Source: Streptosporangiaceae bacterium
GTDB lineage: Bacteria; Actinomycetota; Actinomycetes; Streptosporangiales; Streptosporangiaceae
NCBI GenBank assembly: GCA_030045175.1
Contig: JASIBM010000468.1
Coordinates: forward strand, 1 to 54,725
Length of the DNA stretch: 54,725 nucleotides
Direction: 5' to 3'
The position numbers were made by a program, and so were the translations under genes. Within the stretch, counting starts at the first letter, position 1. Each line of letters opens with the position of its first letter. Positions 17,781 through 26,744 of this stretch are shown here, piece after piece. Below the pieces are notes generated by a model. The model was not told where the DNA came from and made no database searches. It saw nothing but the letters and a program-made list of their open reading frames with translations.

Positions 17781-17826
17781 GACTGGGTATTTTCTGGGTA
17801 TCAGACTGGGCATTTTGTGGGCATCG
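17781..17826. promoter_or_regulatory. Imperfect 23-nt tandem direct repeat (gactgggtattttctgggtatca / gactgggcattttgtgggcatcg), candidate operator
   Basis: 19/23 identity. AT-rich T-tract cores in otherwise GC-rich DNA. It lies about 50 nt upstream of the GTG at 17876, in the pup-divergent intergenic region. Confidence 0.4.
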
Positions 17827-17875
17827 GCGCTCTATCAGGACGCGACGGCTCTGGAGCGACCGGAAGGAGGCACCT

Positions 17876-18793
17876 GTGGAACGACCACCTTCCCCACCCG
17901 CAGGGCAGGAGCTTATCGCCGTGCTGCGTGCGCTACTTCGGGCCGGTCTGCCACCAGCCGATAACCACGCACTCGACGGGCTGCTTGCCTTGCGGGGCGT
18001 GACGGCCCGCGCCGTCAGCCCTTCCGACCGCTTCAGTCGCCTGCGCGCCCTAGACGGCTTGCTGCGCTGGCAGCTGGCGCGGTTCGAGCATCCACGGCTG
18101 GCCGAGCCAGCCCGGCTGCTGTTCGGCGCCGCGCCCGGAGCGTCTGGGTTGAAGCTGACCGAGCGGCGGGCCAGAGCCGCCGTCGCGGCCGGCTACGACG
18201 CGCACCACTTCCGCAAGTGGATCGAGCCGCAGATTTGCCGCCGCCTGGCCGCCATGCTCGCGGCCGACGATGCTGAGGCTGTAGTTCGCGCGGTGCCGCC
18301 ACATCTATCGCGGCCCCACCACCCACTGCGCCTGCCAGCCGATGTATTTGCGTGGGAGGCAGCCGAGCACGAGCAGGCCATCACGGCTCTGTGGGCCGAG
18401 GTCTACGCGCTGCGCGCTGCGCTGCTGGCGGTCGCCCGCGTCGCCTGCATGCACGGCGCCATGCACCCTGAGACCGGAGCAGCCACCGAGACGGCGCTGT
18501 GGCGTGCGGCACAGCTACACCACGCCGTGCTTGAGTACCAAGATGCCTACGGGCCGCAACTACTCGGCGCCGACCCAGGCGTCGGCCCAGAGGATCTAGC
18601 CGCAGTAGCCGGCTGGCATCCAGCGCTTGACCCTCTGATCCAGCGCGAGCTGGCCGCGATGGCGGCTGTGCACCCGACCTCTGGCGACTTCCATCGTGCC
18701 CTTCCAGTTCCCGCCGCCGAGGCGGCCCAGCGCTGGCGGCAGGAACTGGCCGAACAGTCCACCACCGAACTTAGGCAGGAGCCATGGACCTGA
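17876..18793 (+). CDS. Hypothetical Ala/Leu/Arg-rich, probably all-alpha protein (305 aa)
   Basis: A strong SD, GGAAGGAGG, lies 5 nt before the GTG at 17876. The stop overlaps the next gene start (ATGGACCTGA). I recognise no family. Confidence 0.55.
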   Translation: MERPPSPPAGQELIAVLRALLRAGLPPADNHALDGLLALRGVTARAVSPSDRFSRLRALDGLLRWQLARFEHPRLAEPARLLFGAAPGASGLKLTERRARAAVAAGYDAHHFRKWIEPQICRRLAAMLAADDAEAVVRAVPPHLSRPHHPLRLPADVFAWEAAEHEQAITALWAEVYALRAALLAVARVACMHGAMHPETGAATETALWRAAQLHHAVLEYQDAYGPQLLGADPGVGPEDLAAVAGWHPALDPLIQRELAAMAAVHPTSGDFHRALPVPAAEAAQRWRQELAEQSTTELRQEPWT

Positions 18794-19356
18794 CCAGGCT
18801 GATCGACCCGCTCGGTTCCCCACGCCGCTACGTGATCACTGGCGGGCCATCCGCTGGCAAGGAAGCCGTGCTCGACGAACTGACCGCCCGCCACATCCCG
18901 GTCACCGAAGGCGAGCCGGCTCGCGAGATCTACCGCAAGCACCGCCAGCGCCTCGGCCGCCACCTGCAGGTCGGCGACCGACGCGAATACTCACGTGAGG
19001 TACTTGAAGTTTTCATCGCCGAATACACCACGCACAAGCACGGCCTGCGCTTCTACAACCGCGGCATCCCCGACGGATACGGCTGGGATGCCTTCTTTGG
19101 CCTAGGTCCCTACCCGGAACTGGAGGCGGCCAGCCGGGCATACCGGTACGAGGCGGTGTTCGTCCTTGACCCGCTCGACGACTTCGAGAGCGAAGACGAC
19201 CTCGTGTTCGCCAAGGACCGAGAAATCCGCCGCGTGCACGAGCTGATCGTGCAGGGCTACTACGACGCCGGATACAGCCCGATCTTCATTCCCGCAGACG
19301 AGCCGGCCCGCCGGGTTGATCAGATCCTCGCCAACATCCCCGCCCCTGCCGAATGA
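18784..19356 (+). CDS. P-loop NTPase/kinase-like protein (AAA_28 / NadR-C-terminal-like)
   Basis: 190 aa. Walker A is ITGGPSAGKEAV (18841-18864). A Walker-B-like hydrophobic strand plus acidic run is present (AVFVLDPLDDFESEDD). Its small size is typical of the AAA_28 family. Confidence 0.6.
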   Translation: MDLTRLIDPLGSPRRYVITGGPSAGKEAVLDELTARHIPVTEGEPAREIYRKHRQRLGRHLQVGDRREYSREVLEVFIAEYTTHKHGLRFYNRGIPDGYGWDAFFGLGPYPELEAASRAYRYEAVFVLDPLDDFESEDDLVFAKDREIRRVHELIVQGYYDAGYSPIFIPADEPARRVDQILANIPAPAE

Positions 19357-19380
19357 CGAGCGACGGGAGAGATAGCCGCC

Positions 19381-20823
19381 GTGCCCACCGAGAATGCCTT
19401 CGACCTCATCAGTCCGAACACCGTCCTAGCCAACGCGATGCTGCGCACCGTAGACATGGTCCGTCCCCGGATCGAAGCCACCCACCCTGACCGCGTCGCC
19501 CTGTGCGTTGGCGCTCAGATCAACGGCGCACCGCACCTGGGCACCGCCTTAGTCCAGACCGCCGCATTCCTGCTCGCCAAGGCCGTCAAGCGCACCTTCA
19601 ACGTCGACGCCATCGTCCGATTCGGCGCCCTGGACAACGCCCCATACGACATCCGGCTCGATCCGGAGACTCACCACGCCTACCAGCAGACCTACTTCCA
19701 CGCTCTGGGCGCAGCGAAGATCGGGGAACTGATCGAGACCTACTACCGCGCGTTCTTTGACTCGCTTGCGGACGCCACCGGCGTGGACTACGAGACCGAG
19801 ACCTACACCGCCCAGCAGGCCGACCCCATCTTCCGGCACGAGTTCCTGGCCACCCTTGGTCACTTCAACTCGATCCGCTGGCCCCTGGCCCCTTCCCACG
19901 GGCAGGTTCACCTGCGCTTCCCTTGCCCGCAGTGCGGCTGGGCGGAGAAGCGTGCTGAACGCACCCGCCTAGCCGTAGTCGGGTCCGGCGGCGCCGAGTT
20001 CAGCGCGGTCTGCACAGACCACGGTGACTACAAAGTCGCTATCACTCCCGACTCGACCGCCTACCTCGATCTAGCCACCCTCTACCGCAACCTGGTAAAG
20101 GAGCGCGTCGCCGCCCGCGACCACATCACGCTCTGCGTCATGATCAAGGGCGGGGACTGGGCGTTCGGCTGCCAACTAATCGACGAGGCCTTCGCCCACC
20201 TCCCAGGATCTCCGGCCCCGCCGCGCGTGTTTACCCCCATGGTCCTCACCGATACGGGCGCCAAGCTGTCAAAGTCCCTGATCCGCGAAGGGAAGGTGGC
20301 CCCGCCGCCGGGCGCGAAGCCGTGGATGCTCGACACCACGATGTGGGAAGGCACCATCGACTCCCTCGTCGACGCGATGGTTTGGCTGGTCGGTCGCATG
20401 ATGTCCGACCCGAAGCACTTCTACCGCTCCTACACCACCCAAGAACTGGACCGCCTGATGACGACCCGCCCCAGATCGGCCCCGACCATCCGCGCCCGCG
20501 AGATGAACTTGTACCGCCGCTATTTTGACCTAGTCGCCGAAGGCCGCAAGACCATCGAAGTTCGAGTGCGATACCCGAACCTGCGCACCCTCGCCCCAGG
20601 CGACCACATCCGCTTCGTCTGCGGTCGCGACGAATGTCTCACTCGCGTCACACGCGTGGCCGTCTACAACTCCTTCGAGCAGATGATCGACACCGAGGGA
20701 CCAGCCAACGTCAACCCTGACTCGCCACGCGACCAGCAGCTTGCCAGCATCCGCCGGATCTACGGACCGGAGAAGGAAGCCCTCGGCGTCCTCGCCATCG
20801 AGATCGAGCGCGCTGGAAGCTGA
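19381..20823 (+). CDS. Class I aminoacyl-tRNA-synthetase-like catalytic core (HxGx + KxSKS + Zn-knuckle) fused to a C-terminal ASCH domain
   Basis: NGAPHLGT (HIGH-type) is at 19534-19545. CPQCGW...CTDH starts at 19924. GAKLSKS (KMSKS-type) is at 20263-20277. The C-terminal ~105 aa reads YFDLVAEGRKTIEVRVRYPNLRTLAPGDHIRFVCG...YNSFEQM, matching the ASCH/PUA-like pattern. GTG start with GGGAGAG upstream. Confidence 0.6.
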   Translation: MPTENAFDLISPNTVLANAMLRTVDMVRPRIEATHPDRVALCVGAQINGAPHLGTALVQTAAFLLAKAVKRTFNVDAIVRFGALDNAPYDIRLDPETHHAYQQTYFHALGAAKIGELIETYYRAFFDSLADATGVDYETETYTAQQADPIFRHEFLATLGHFNSIRWPLAPSHGQVHLRFPCPQCGWAEKRAERTRLAVVGSGGAEFSAVCTDHGDYKVAITPDSTAYLDLATLYRNLVKERVAARDHITLCVMIKGGDWAFGCQLIDEAFAHLPGSPAPPRVFTPMVLTDTGAKLSKSLIREGKVAPPPGAKPWMLDTTMWEGTIDSLVDAMVWLVGRMMSDPKHFYRSYTTQELDRLMTTRPRSAPTIRAREMNLYRRYFDLVAEGRKTIEVRVRYPNLRTLAPGDHIRFVCGRDECLTRVTRVAVYNSFEQMIDTEGPANVNPDSPRDQQLASIRRIYGPEKEALGVLAIEIERAGS

Positions 20824-20900
20824 GATGGCCTCCAGGGCATAGGTCAGCGATAAGCGCCGCGGTCGTGCCGCCCGGCGCGCCCCTGTGCGCGGTTCTGAGG

Positions 20901-22415
20901 CTATTTACCGGTCAGCGCGGTCACGAGCTCAGCCGCCGTCTGGCAGCGGTCCAGGAGGGCGCCTACGTGCGCCCTGGTGCCGCGCAGCGGCTCGAGCGTG
21001 GGGACCCGTTGCAGCGACTCACGGCCCGGGATGTCGAAGATGACCGAGTCCCAGGACGCGGCGGCGACCGAGTCCGGGTACTGGCGCAGGCACCGGCCAC
21101 GGAAGTAGGCCCTGGTGTCCTCGGGCGGCTCGGTCATGGCCCGCTGCACGTCGGCCTCATCGAGCAGCCGCCCGACCCGCCCGGACGCGGCCAGCCTGTT
21201 GTACAGGCCGCGATCGGACCGCACGTCGGAGTATTGCAAGTCGACGAGCTGCAGCCGCGGGTGACTCCAGCCGATCCCGTCCCTGGTGCGGTAGCCGTCG
21301 ATGAGCTGGAGCTTGGTCACCCAGTCAAGCTCGCCTGCCAGCCGCATCGGATCGTCGGCCAGCCTGGTGAGCGCGGACTCCCACTTGTCGAGCACGTCGC
21401 AGGTGAGCTCGTCCACGTCAGAGCCGAACCTGTCCTGGGTGTACTTGCGTGCCAGCTCCAGGTACTCCATCTGGACCTGCACCGCCGTGAGCTTCCTGCC
21501 GCTGCGCAGCGGGATCAGGTGCCTGCAAGACGGGTCATGCGAGATCGCGCGGAGCTCGGCCACCGGGCCCTCGATGGACAGGTCCGCCCCGAGGAAGCGA
21601 TCTTCGATCATCGAGAGCACGAGCGAGGTGGTGCCCAGCTTGAGGTAGGTGGACAGCTCGCTCATGTTCGCGTCACCGATGATCACGTGCAGCCTGCGGT
21701 ACTTCTCCGGGTCCGCGTGCGGCTCGTCCCTGGTGTTGATGATCGGCCGCTTGAGCGTGGTCTCCAGGCCGACCTCGACCTCGAAGAAGTCGGCGCGCTG
21801 GCTGATCTGGAATCCTTCCTCCCTGCCATCGGCGCCCCGGCCGATCCGGCCGGCCCCGCACACCACCTGCCTGGTGACGAAGAACGGGGTGAGGTTCCTG
21901 ACGATCTCCGCGAACGGGGTCGACCGGCTCATCAGGTAATTCTCGTGGCAGCCGTAGGAGGCGCCCTTATTGTCGGTGTTGTTCTTGTACAGCTGGATCG
22001 GCGCGGTCCCTGGCAAGGCGCTCGCCTGCGCGGCGGCCTCCTCCATCACCCGCTCCCCCGCCTTGTCCCACAGCACGGCGGAGAGCGGATCGGTACATTC
22101 CGGCGAGGAGTATTCAGGGTGCGCGTGATCAACATAAAGCCGGGCGCCATTGGTCAAGATAACATTTGCCAGCCCGAGGTCCTCGTCCGTGAGCTGGCTC
22201 GCGTCCGCGGTGTCCCTGGACAAGTCGAACCCGCGTGCGTCGCGCAGCGGGTTCTCCTCCTCGAAATCCCAGCGCGTCCTGCGCGCCCTCGCTGCGGTCG
22301 CCGCGTGGTAGGCGTTGACGACCTGAGACGACGTCACCATCGCGTTAGCGCCGGGCTGGCCGGGCACGGAAATGCCGTACTCGGTCTCGATGCCCATCAC
22401 GCGGCGGACGCTCAT
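20901..22415 (-). CDS. dop: Pup deamidase/depupylase Dop
   Basis: [19 protein letters not shown]...HPEYSSPEC...ASYGCHENY, with a Dop-specific insertion. 504 aa. Confidence 0.92.
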   Translation of the reverse strand: MSVRRVMGIETEYGISVPGQPGANAMVTSSQVVNAYHAATAARARRTRWDFEEENPLRDARGFDLSRDTADASQLTDEDLGLANVILTNGARLYVDHAHPEYSSPECTDPLSAVLWDKAGERVMEEAAAQASALPGTAPIQLYKNNTDNKGASYGCHENYLMSRSTPFAEIVRNLTPFFVTRQVVCGAGRIGRGADGREEGFQISQRADFFEVEVGLETTLKRPIINTRDEPHADPEKYRRLHVIIGDANMSELSTYLKLGTTSLVLSMIEDRFLGADLSIEGPVAELRAISHDPSCRHLIPLRSGRKLTAVQVQMEYLELARKYTQDRFGSDVDELTCDVLDKWESALTRLADDPMRLAGELDWVTKLQLIDGYRTRDGIGWSHPRLQLVDLQYSDVRSDRGLYNRLAASGRVGRLLDEADVQRAMTEPPEDTRAYFRGRCLRQYPDSVAAASWDSVIFDIPGRESLQRVPTLEPLRGTRAHVGALLDRCQTAAELVTALTGK

Positions 22416-22502
22416 GACTGCAAGACTAATGCTGCCCGGCAGGCGCCCTTGCGGCCGAGCGCGGCTCTAGCGGCCAGCGTCTCGTCGCGTATCGGATATG
22501 TG

Positions 22503-24320
22503 TCACAGGTACTGGCCGGTGTTCGCCACGGTGTCGATCGAGCGGCCGGCCTCGTTGCCGCTCTTGCCAGAGACCAGCGTCCTGATGTATACGATCCGCT
22601 CGCCCTTCTTGCCGGAGATCCTGGCCCAGTCGTCCGGGTTCGTGGTGTTGGGCAGATCCTCGTTCTCGCTGAACTCGTCGACGCAGGCCGACAGCAGGTG
22701 CGCCACGCGCAGCCCCTTCTGGCCGGTCTCGAGGAACTCCTTGATCGCCATCTTCTTCGCCCGGTCCACGATGTTCTGGATCATCGCGCCCGAGTTGAAG
22801 TCCTTGAAGTACAGCACCTCCTTGTCCCCGTTGGCGTAGGTCACCTCGAGGAACCTGTTCTCCTGGGTCTCGCTGTACATGCGCTCGACGACCCGCTGGA
22901 TCATCTCGGCGACGGTCGCCGTTGCCGAGCCGCCGTGCTCGGCGACGTCATCTGGGTGCAGCGGCAGCTCCGCCACCACGTACTTGGAGAAGATGTCCCT
23001 GGCCGCCTCGGCATCCGGCCGCTCGATCTTGATCTTCACGTCGAGCCTGCCCGGGCGCAAGATGGCCGGGTCGATCATGTCCTCGCGGTTGGACGCGCCG
23101 ATCACGATGACGTTCTCCAGGCCCTCGACGCCGTCGATCTCGCTCAGGAGCTGCGGGACGATGGTGTTCTCGACATCGCTGGACACGCCAGAGCCCCTGG
23201 TGCGGAAGATCGAGTCCATCTCGTCGAAGAACACGATCACCGGCATGCCCTCGCTGGCCTTCTCCCTGGCCCGCTGGAAGACCAGCCTGATGTGCCGCTC
23301 GGTCTCGCCGACGTACTTGTTCAGCAGCTCAGGGCCCTTGATGTTGAGGAAGAAGCTCTTGCCCTCCTTGGCCGCCTCGCCGCCGGCACCGTCGGCCTGG
23401 ATGGCGAGCTGCGCGGTCCGCCTGGCCACCTGCTTGGCCAGCGAGTTGGCCACCGCCTTGGCGATCAGCGTCTTGCCGCAGCCGGGCGGCCCGTAGAGCA
23501 GCACGCCCTTCGGCGGCCGCAGCTTGTGCTCCTTGAACAGGTCGGCGTGCAGGTAGGGCAGCTCGATCGCGTCCCTGATCTGCTCGATCTGCGACGCCAG
23601 CCCGCCGATCAGGTCATAGGTGATGTCCGGGACCTCTTCGAGTATCAGCTCCTCGACCTCGGCCTTGGGTATCCGCTCGTACACGTAGCCCGATCGGGGC
23701 TCGAGCAGGAGCGAGTCGCCGGCCCGCAACGTGCCCGCGAGCAGCGGCTCGGCCAGCCTGACGATCCGCTCCTCGTCGGCGTGCGAGATCACCAGTGCCC
23801 GGTCGCCGCCCTCGAGCAGCTCCTTGAGCATCACGACCTCGCCGACGGTCTCGTAGCCGAGCGCGATCACCACGTTGAGCGCCTCGTTCAGCACGAGCTC
23901 CTGGCCCGGCCGCAGGTGGGCGACGTCGACGGCCGGGCTCACCGAGACCCGCATCTTCCTGCCGCCGGTGAACACGTCGGCGGTGCCGTCGGCGTTGGCC
24001 TGCAAGAACACGCCGAAGCCTGACGGCGGCTGAGCCAGCCTGTCGACCTCTTCCTTGAGCGCGATGATCTGGTCCCTGGCCTCGCGCAAGGTCGCGGCTA
24101 GCCGTTCGTTCTGGCCGGTAACAGTGGCGAGGGAGGCCTCGGCCTGGGTCAGCCGCTCCTCGATCAGCCTGGACGCGCGCGGCGACTCCGCTAGCTTGCC
24201 GCGAAGCGCCGCCACCTCCTCCTCAAGGAAGGAGATCTGGTCCGTCAGGACCTTGACCCTGACCTCGTCATCATGGCGTCCGGCGCGAGCGCTGTCGTCA
24301 CGAGAGGCCATGCCTCTCAC
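22503..24320 (-). CDS. arc: Proteasome-associated AAA ATPase ARC/Mpa
   Basis: Coiled-coil N-terminus, Walker A GPPGCGKT, and a C-terminal ...NTGQYL proteasome-docking tail. The start may be Met4 (24311). Confidence 0.93.
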   Translation of the reverse strand: MRGMASRDDSARAGRHDDEVRVKVLTDQISFLEEEVAALRGKLAESPRASRLIEERLTQAEASLATVTGQNERLAATLREARDQIIALKEEVDRLAQPPSGFGVFLQANADGTADVFTGGRKMRVSVSPAVDVAHLRPGQELVLNEALNVVIALGYETVGEVVMLKELLEGGDRALVISHADEERIVRLAEPLLAGTLRAGDSLLLEPRSGYVYERIPKAEVEELILEEVPDITYDLIGGLASQIEQIRDAIELPYLHADLFKEHKLRPPKGVLLYGPPGCGKTLIAKAVANSLAKQVARRTAQLAIQADGAGGEAAKEGKSFFLNIKGPELLNKYVGETERHIRLVFQRAREKASEGMPVIVFFDEMDSIFRTRGSGVSSDVENTIVPQLLSEIDGVEGLENVIVIGASNREDMIDPAILRPGRLDVKIKIERPDAEAARDIFSKYVVAELPLHPDDVAEHGGSATATVAEMIQRVVERMYSETQENRFLEVTYANGDKEVLYFKDFNSGAMIQNIVDRAKKMAIKEFLETGQKGLRVAHLLSACVDEFSENEDLPNTTNPDDWARISGKKGERIVYIRTLVSGKSGNEAGRSIDTVANTGQYL

Positions 24321-24512
24321 CCCCTCCTGAGAGCGGACTTACCTAGACCCTACCTACGCGCGGTCATTCCGTAACCTCGCGCGGACCTCCGGTCTAGCCT
24401 TTTCTGCTGGTTCGATCCCGTCCTGCCGTCGCATCGTTACTCATCACCGGCCTGATAGTCCAGCAACCCGACGGGACTGGCCGCCAACTTTCCGTTATGC
24501 CTGATATATTAC

Positions 24513-25382
24513 TTATCTTGCCGACTCGAGCTCGTCGGCCTGGGCACCCTTCGCCGGGCGGCGGCGCCGCGGTGGCGCGCTCACCCCCCTGGCGAGCCGG
24601 CGGGCGGTCACCAGGAAGCCAGTGTGCCCGACCATCCGGTGCTCGGGCCTGACGGCGAGGCCCTCCACGTGCCAGCCGCGCTGCAGTGCCTCCCAGGCCG
24701 CTGGCTCATCGAAGCCACCATGCCCGCGCAGCGCCTCGACCACGCGCGAAAGCTGGGTTGTGGTGGCGACGTAGCAGCAGATCAGCCCGCCCGGATTCAG
24801 GCAGTCAGCGGCCGGCGCCACCTGATCCCACGGCGCGAGCAGGTCGAGCACCACCCGGTCGGCGCCCGCCTGGCCCGCTGGCCTGGCCGGGAAGTCGCCG
24901 ATGACCAGCCGCCAGGCGGGATGCGGCCCGCCGAAGTAGGCTTCGACGTTGCGCCTGGCGACCCCGGCGAAATCCGCCCTGCGCTCGAACGACACGAGCA
25001 GCCCGGCCTCCCCGACGGCGCGCAGCAGCCAGCAGGACAGCGCGCCGGAGCCCGCCCCTGCCTCGAGCACCCGGGCGCCTGGGAAGATGTCGGCGAGGCC
25101 GACGATCTGGGCCGCGTCCTTGGGATAGACCACGGCGGCGCCGCGCGCCATCGACACCGTGTAGTCGGCGAGCAGTGGCCGCAGGGCCACGTAGGCCGTG
25201 CCGCCCGACGCCCGGACGACGCTTCCCTCGTCCGCGCCGATCAGGTCATCGTGCGCCACCGAGCCACGGTGGGTGTGGAACGACTGGCCGGGGGCGAGCA
25301 CGAGCCGGTGCCTGCGCCCCTTGTCGTCGGTGAGCTGGACGTGGTCACCGGGTTGGAATGGCCCGCGCCGCTGGAAGATCAC
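24513..25382 (-). CDS. trmI: tRNA (adenine58-N1)-methyltransferase TrmI
   Basis: GPFQPGDHVQLTDDKGRRH...FHTHRGSVAHDDLIG plus the SAM motif VLEAGAGSGALS. Conserved position beside arc. Confidence 0.85.
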   Translation of the reverse strand: MIFQRRGPFQPGDHVQLTDDKGRRHRLVLAPGQSFHTHRGSVAHDDLIGADEGSVVRASGGTAYVALRPLLADYTVSMARGAAVVYPKDAAQIVGLADIFPGARVLEAGAGSGALSCWLLRAVGEAGLLVSFERRADFAGVARRNVEAYFGGPHPAWRLVIGDFPARPAGQAGADRVVLDLLAPWDQVAPAADCLNPGGLICCYVATTTQLSRVVEALRGHGGFDEPAAWEALQRGWHVEGLAVRPEHRMVGHTGFLVTARRLARGVSAPPRRRRPAKGAQADELESAR

Positions 25383-25458
25383 GCCGCACAGGCTAGCGCC
25401 CCGGCGCTTGCCCGTGCCGGTGCTTGCCCGTCCCGGTGCTTGCCCGCCTCGCGCCCCG

Positions 25459-26640
25459 TCACACCCCGGCGAACGCCAGGTCGAGGTCGGCCGTCGCGAG
25501 CACGCCGGCCACCTGGCCGGTCTGCTCGATCAGCAGGTACTCACTCGCGGGAGTCTGCTGGACCGCCTTGACCAGGTCTATGCCAGACAAGTCCGCGGAG
25601 AGCACCATGCCAGGCTCGAGCGTGCGGGCGAGTGACCCGACGTCGACCCAGGGCCTGCGCTCCATCGGCGTGGCCTGGACGGCTGACTCGGCCACGATCG
25701 CGGTCGGCTCGTTGTCGTGGTCCACGATCACCAGCGCCCGCGCCCCGGTGACCTGCGCGCGCCTGACGGCCTCGGCGAGCGGGAGGCTCGCCACCACCGG
25801 GATCGCCCGCCTGGCCAGGTTCCTCGCGCTGACCATGGGCAGCCGCTCGCGGATCCTGGCGGACTTGATCGCCTGCGTGCTCTGCAGCCAGATGAAGACG
25901 GCGATGAACAGGAGCCAGATCCAGGACAGGCTGATCACCGAGTTGGAGGTGCTGTCGCGCTGGACGTACAAGGTGACGCCGACCACCGCGATCGCGAGCA
26001 CCCGGCCGGCCCAGGCCGCGGCGATGGTCGCCGACACCTGGTTCCCCGTCAGCTTCCACACGCCTGCGCGGAAGACGCGGCCGCCGTCGAGTGGCAGCCC
26101 AGGCAGCAGGTTGAAGATCCCGACCAGCACGTTCGCCCAGAAGAGCTGCACGATCACGTCGTGCGTCAGGCCATGCCCCACGACGTGGGCGAGCACGTAG
26201 CCGACCCCGGCGATGGCGAGCGACACGAGCGGCCCAGCCACCGAGATGAGCGCCTCGCGGCCCGGTGACGCGGGCTCCTGCTCGATCTCCGACCAGCCGC
26301 CGAGCGGGTAAAGCAGCACGCGGCGTACCGGCAGGCCGAACCCCCGCGCCACGACGCAGTGCGCGAGCTCGTGCACGAGCACGGAGGCGTAGAGCAGCAC
26401 CACGAAGGCGGCGGCCACGATGTACTTGTCCTGCGTGGTGACGATGTGCATCTGCTGCTCGGCCGGGCTGGTCGCGTACATCCAGACGAGCACGACGGCG
26501 AAGATCAGCCAGTAGGGCGAGATGTAGACCGGGATGCCGAACGGCCTGGCGATGACGATGCCCAGCCTCGGGTCGCGCCTTGGCCCTGGCGCCTGCGATC
26601 CCGTGCTCGCCGCGCCGCGGTTCGGCCCAGAAGTTGCCAC
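25459..26640 (-). CDS. Site-2 (M50) family metalloprotease with a C-terminal CBS pair
   Basis: HELAHCVV zinc motif, multiple TMs, NLLPGLPLDGG, and CBS-like C-terminal repeats. Confidence 0.85.
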   Translation of the reverse strand: MATSGPNRGAASTGSQAPGPRRDPRLGIVIARPFGIPVYISPYWLIFAVVLVWMYATSPAEQQMHIVTTQDKYIVAAAFVVLLYASVLVHELAHCVVARGFGLPVRRVLLYPLGGWSEIEQEPASPGREALISVAGPLVSLAIAGVGYVLAHVVGHGLTHDVIVQLFWANVLVGIFNLLPGLPLDGGRVFRAGVWKLTGNQVSATIAAAWAGRVLAIAVVGVTLYVQRDSTSNSVISLSWIWLLFIAVFIWLQSTQAIKSARIRERLPMVSARNLARRAIPVVASLPLAEAVRRAQVTGARALVIVDHDNEPTAIVAESAVQATPMERRPWVDVGSLARTLEPGMVLSADLSGIDLVKAVQQTPASEYLLIEQTGQVAGVLATADLDLAFAGV

Positions 26641-26744
26641 AACACGATGTTACGTGCTGTGGCGCGCGGCTGCCCGCCACGCGATCGCGCGCGCCCGGCG
26701 AGCGCGAGCCGAGTTTGTCGGCGGCGCGGGCTACCCTGCCAAGG

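Noticed and set aside
20865-24023. 1052-aa plus-strand ORF, the longest in the track for this region
   Set aside because: It lies entirely antisense to the clearly recognisable dop and arc genes. Its translation is Arg/Pro/Gly/Leu-rich low-complexity sequence typical of off-frame ORFs in high-GC DNA, with no motifs.
24409-24419. ggttcgatccc, a tRNA T-loop-like string upstream of arc
   Set aside because: The flanking bases cannot form a T-stem (gctgg versus ccgtc). I could not fold an acceptor or anticodon arm in the preceding ~70 nt. It is probably fortuitous, or at most a decayed remnant.
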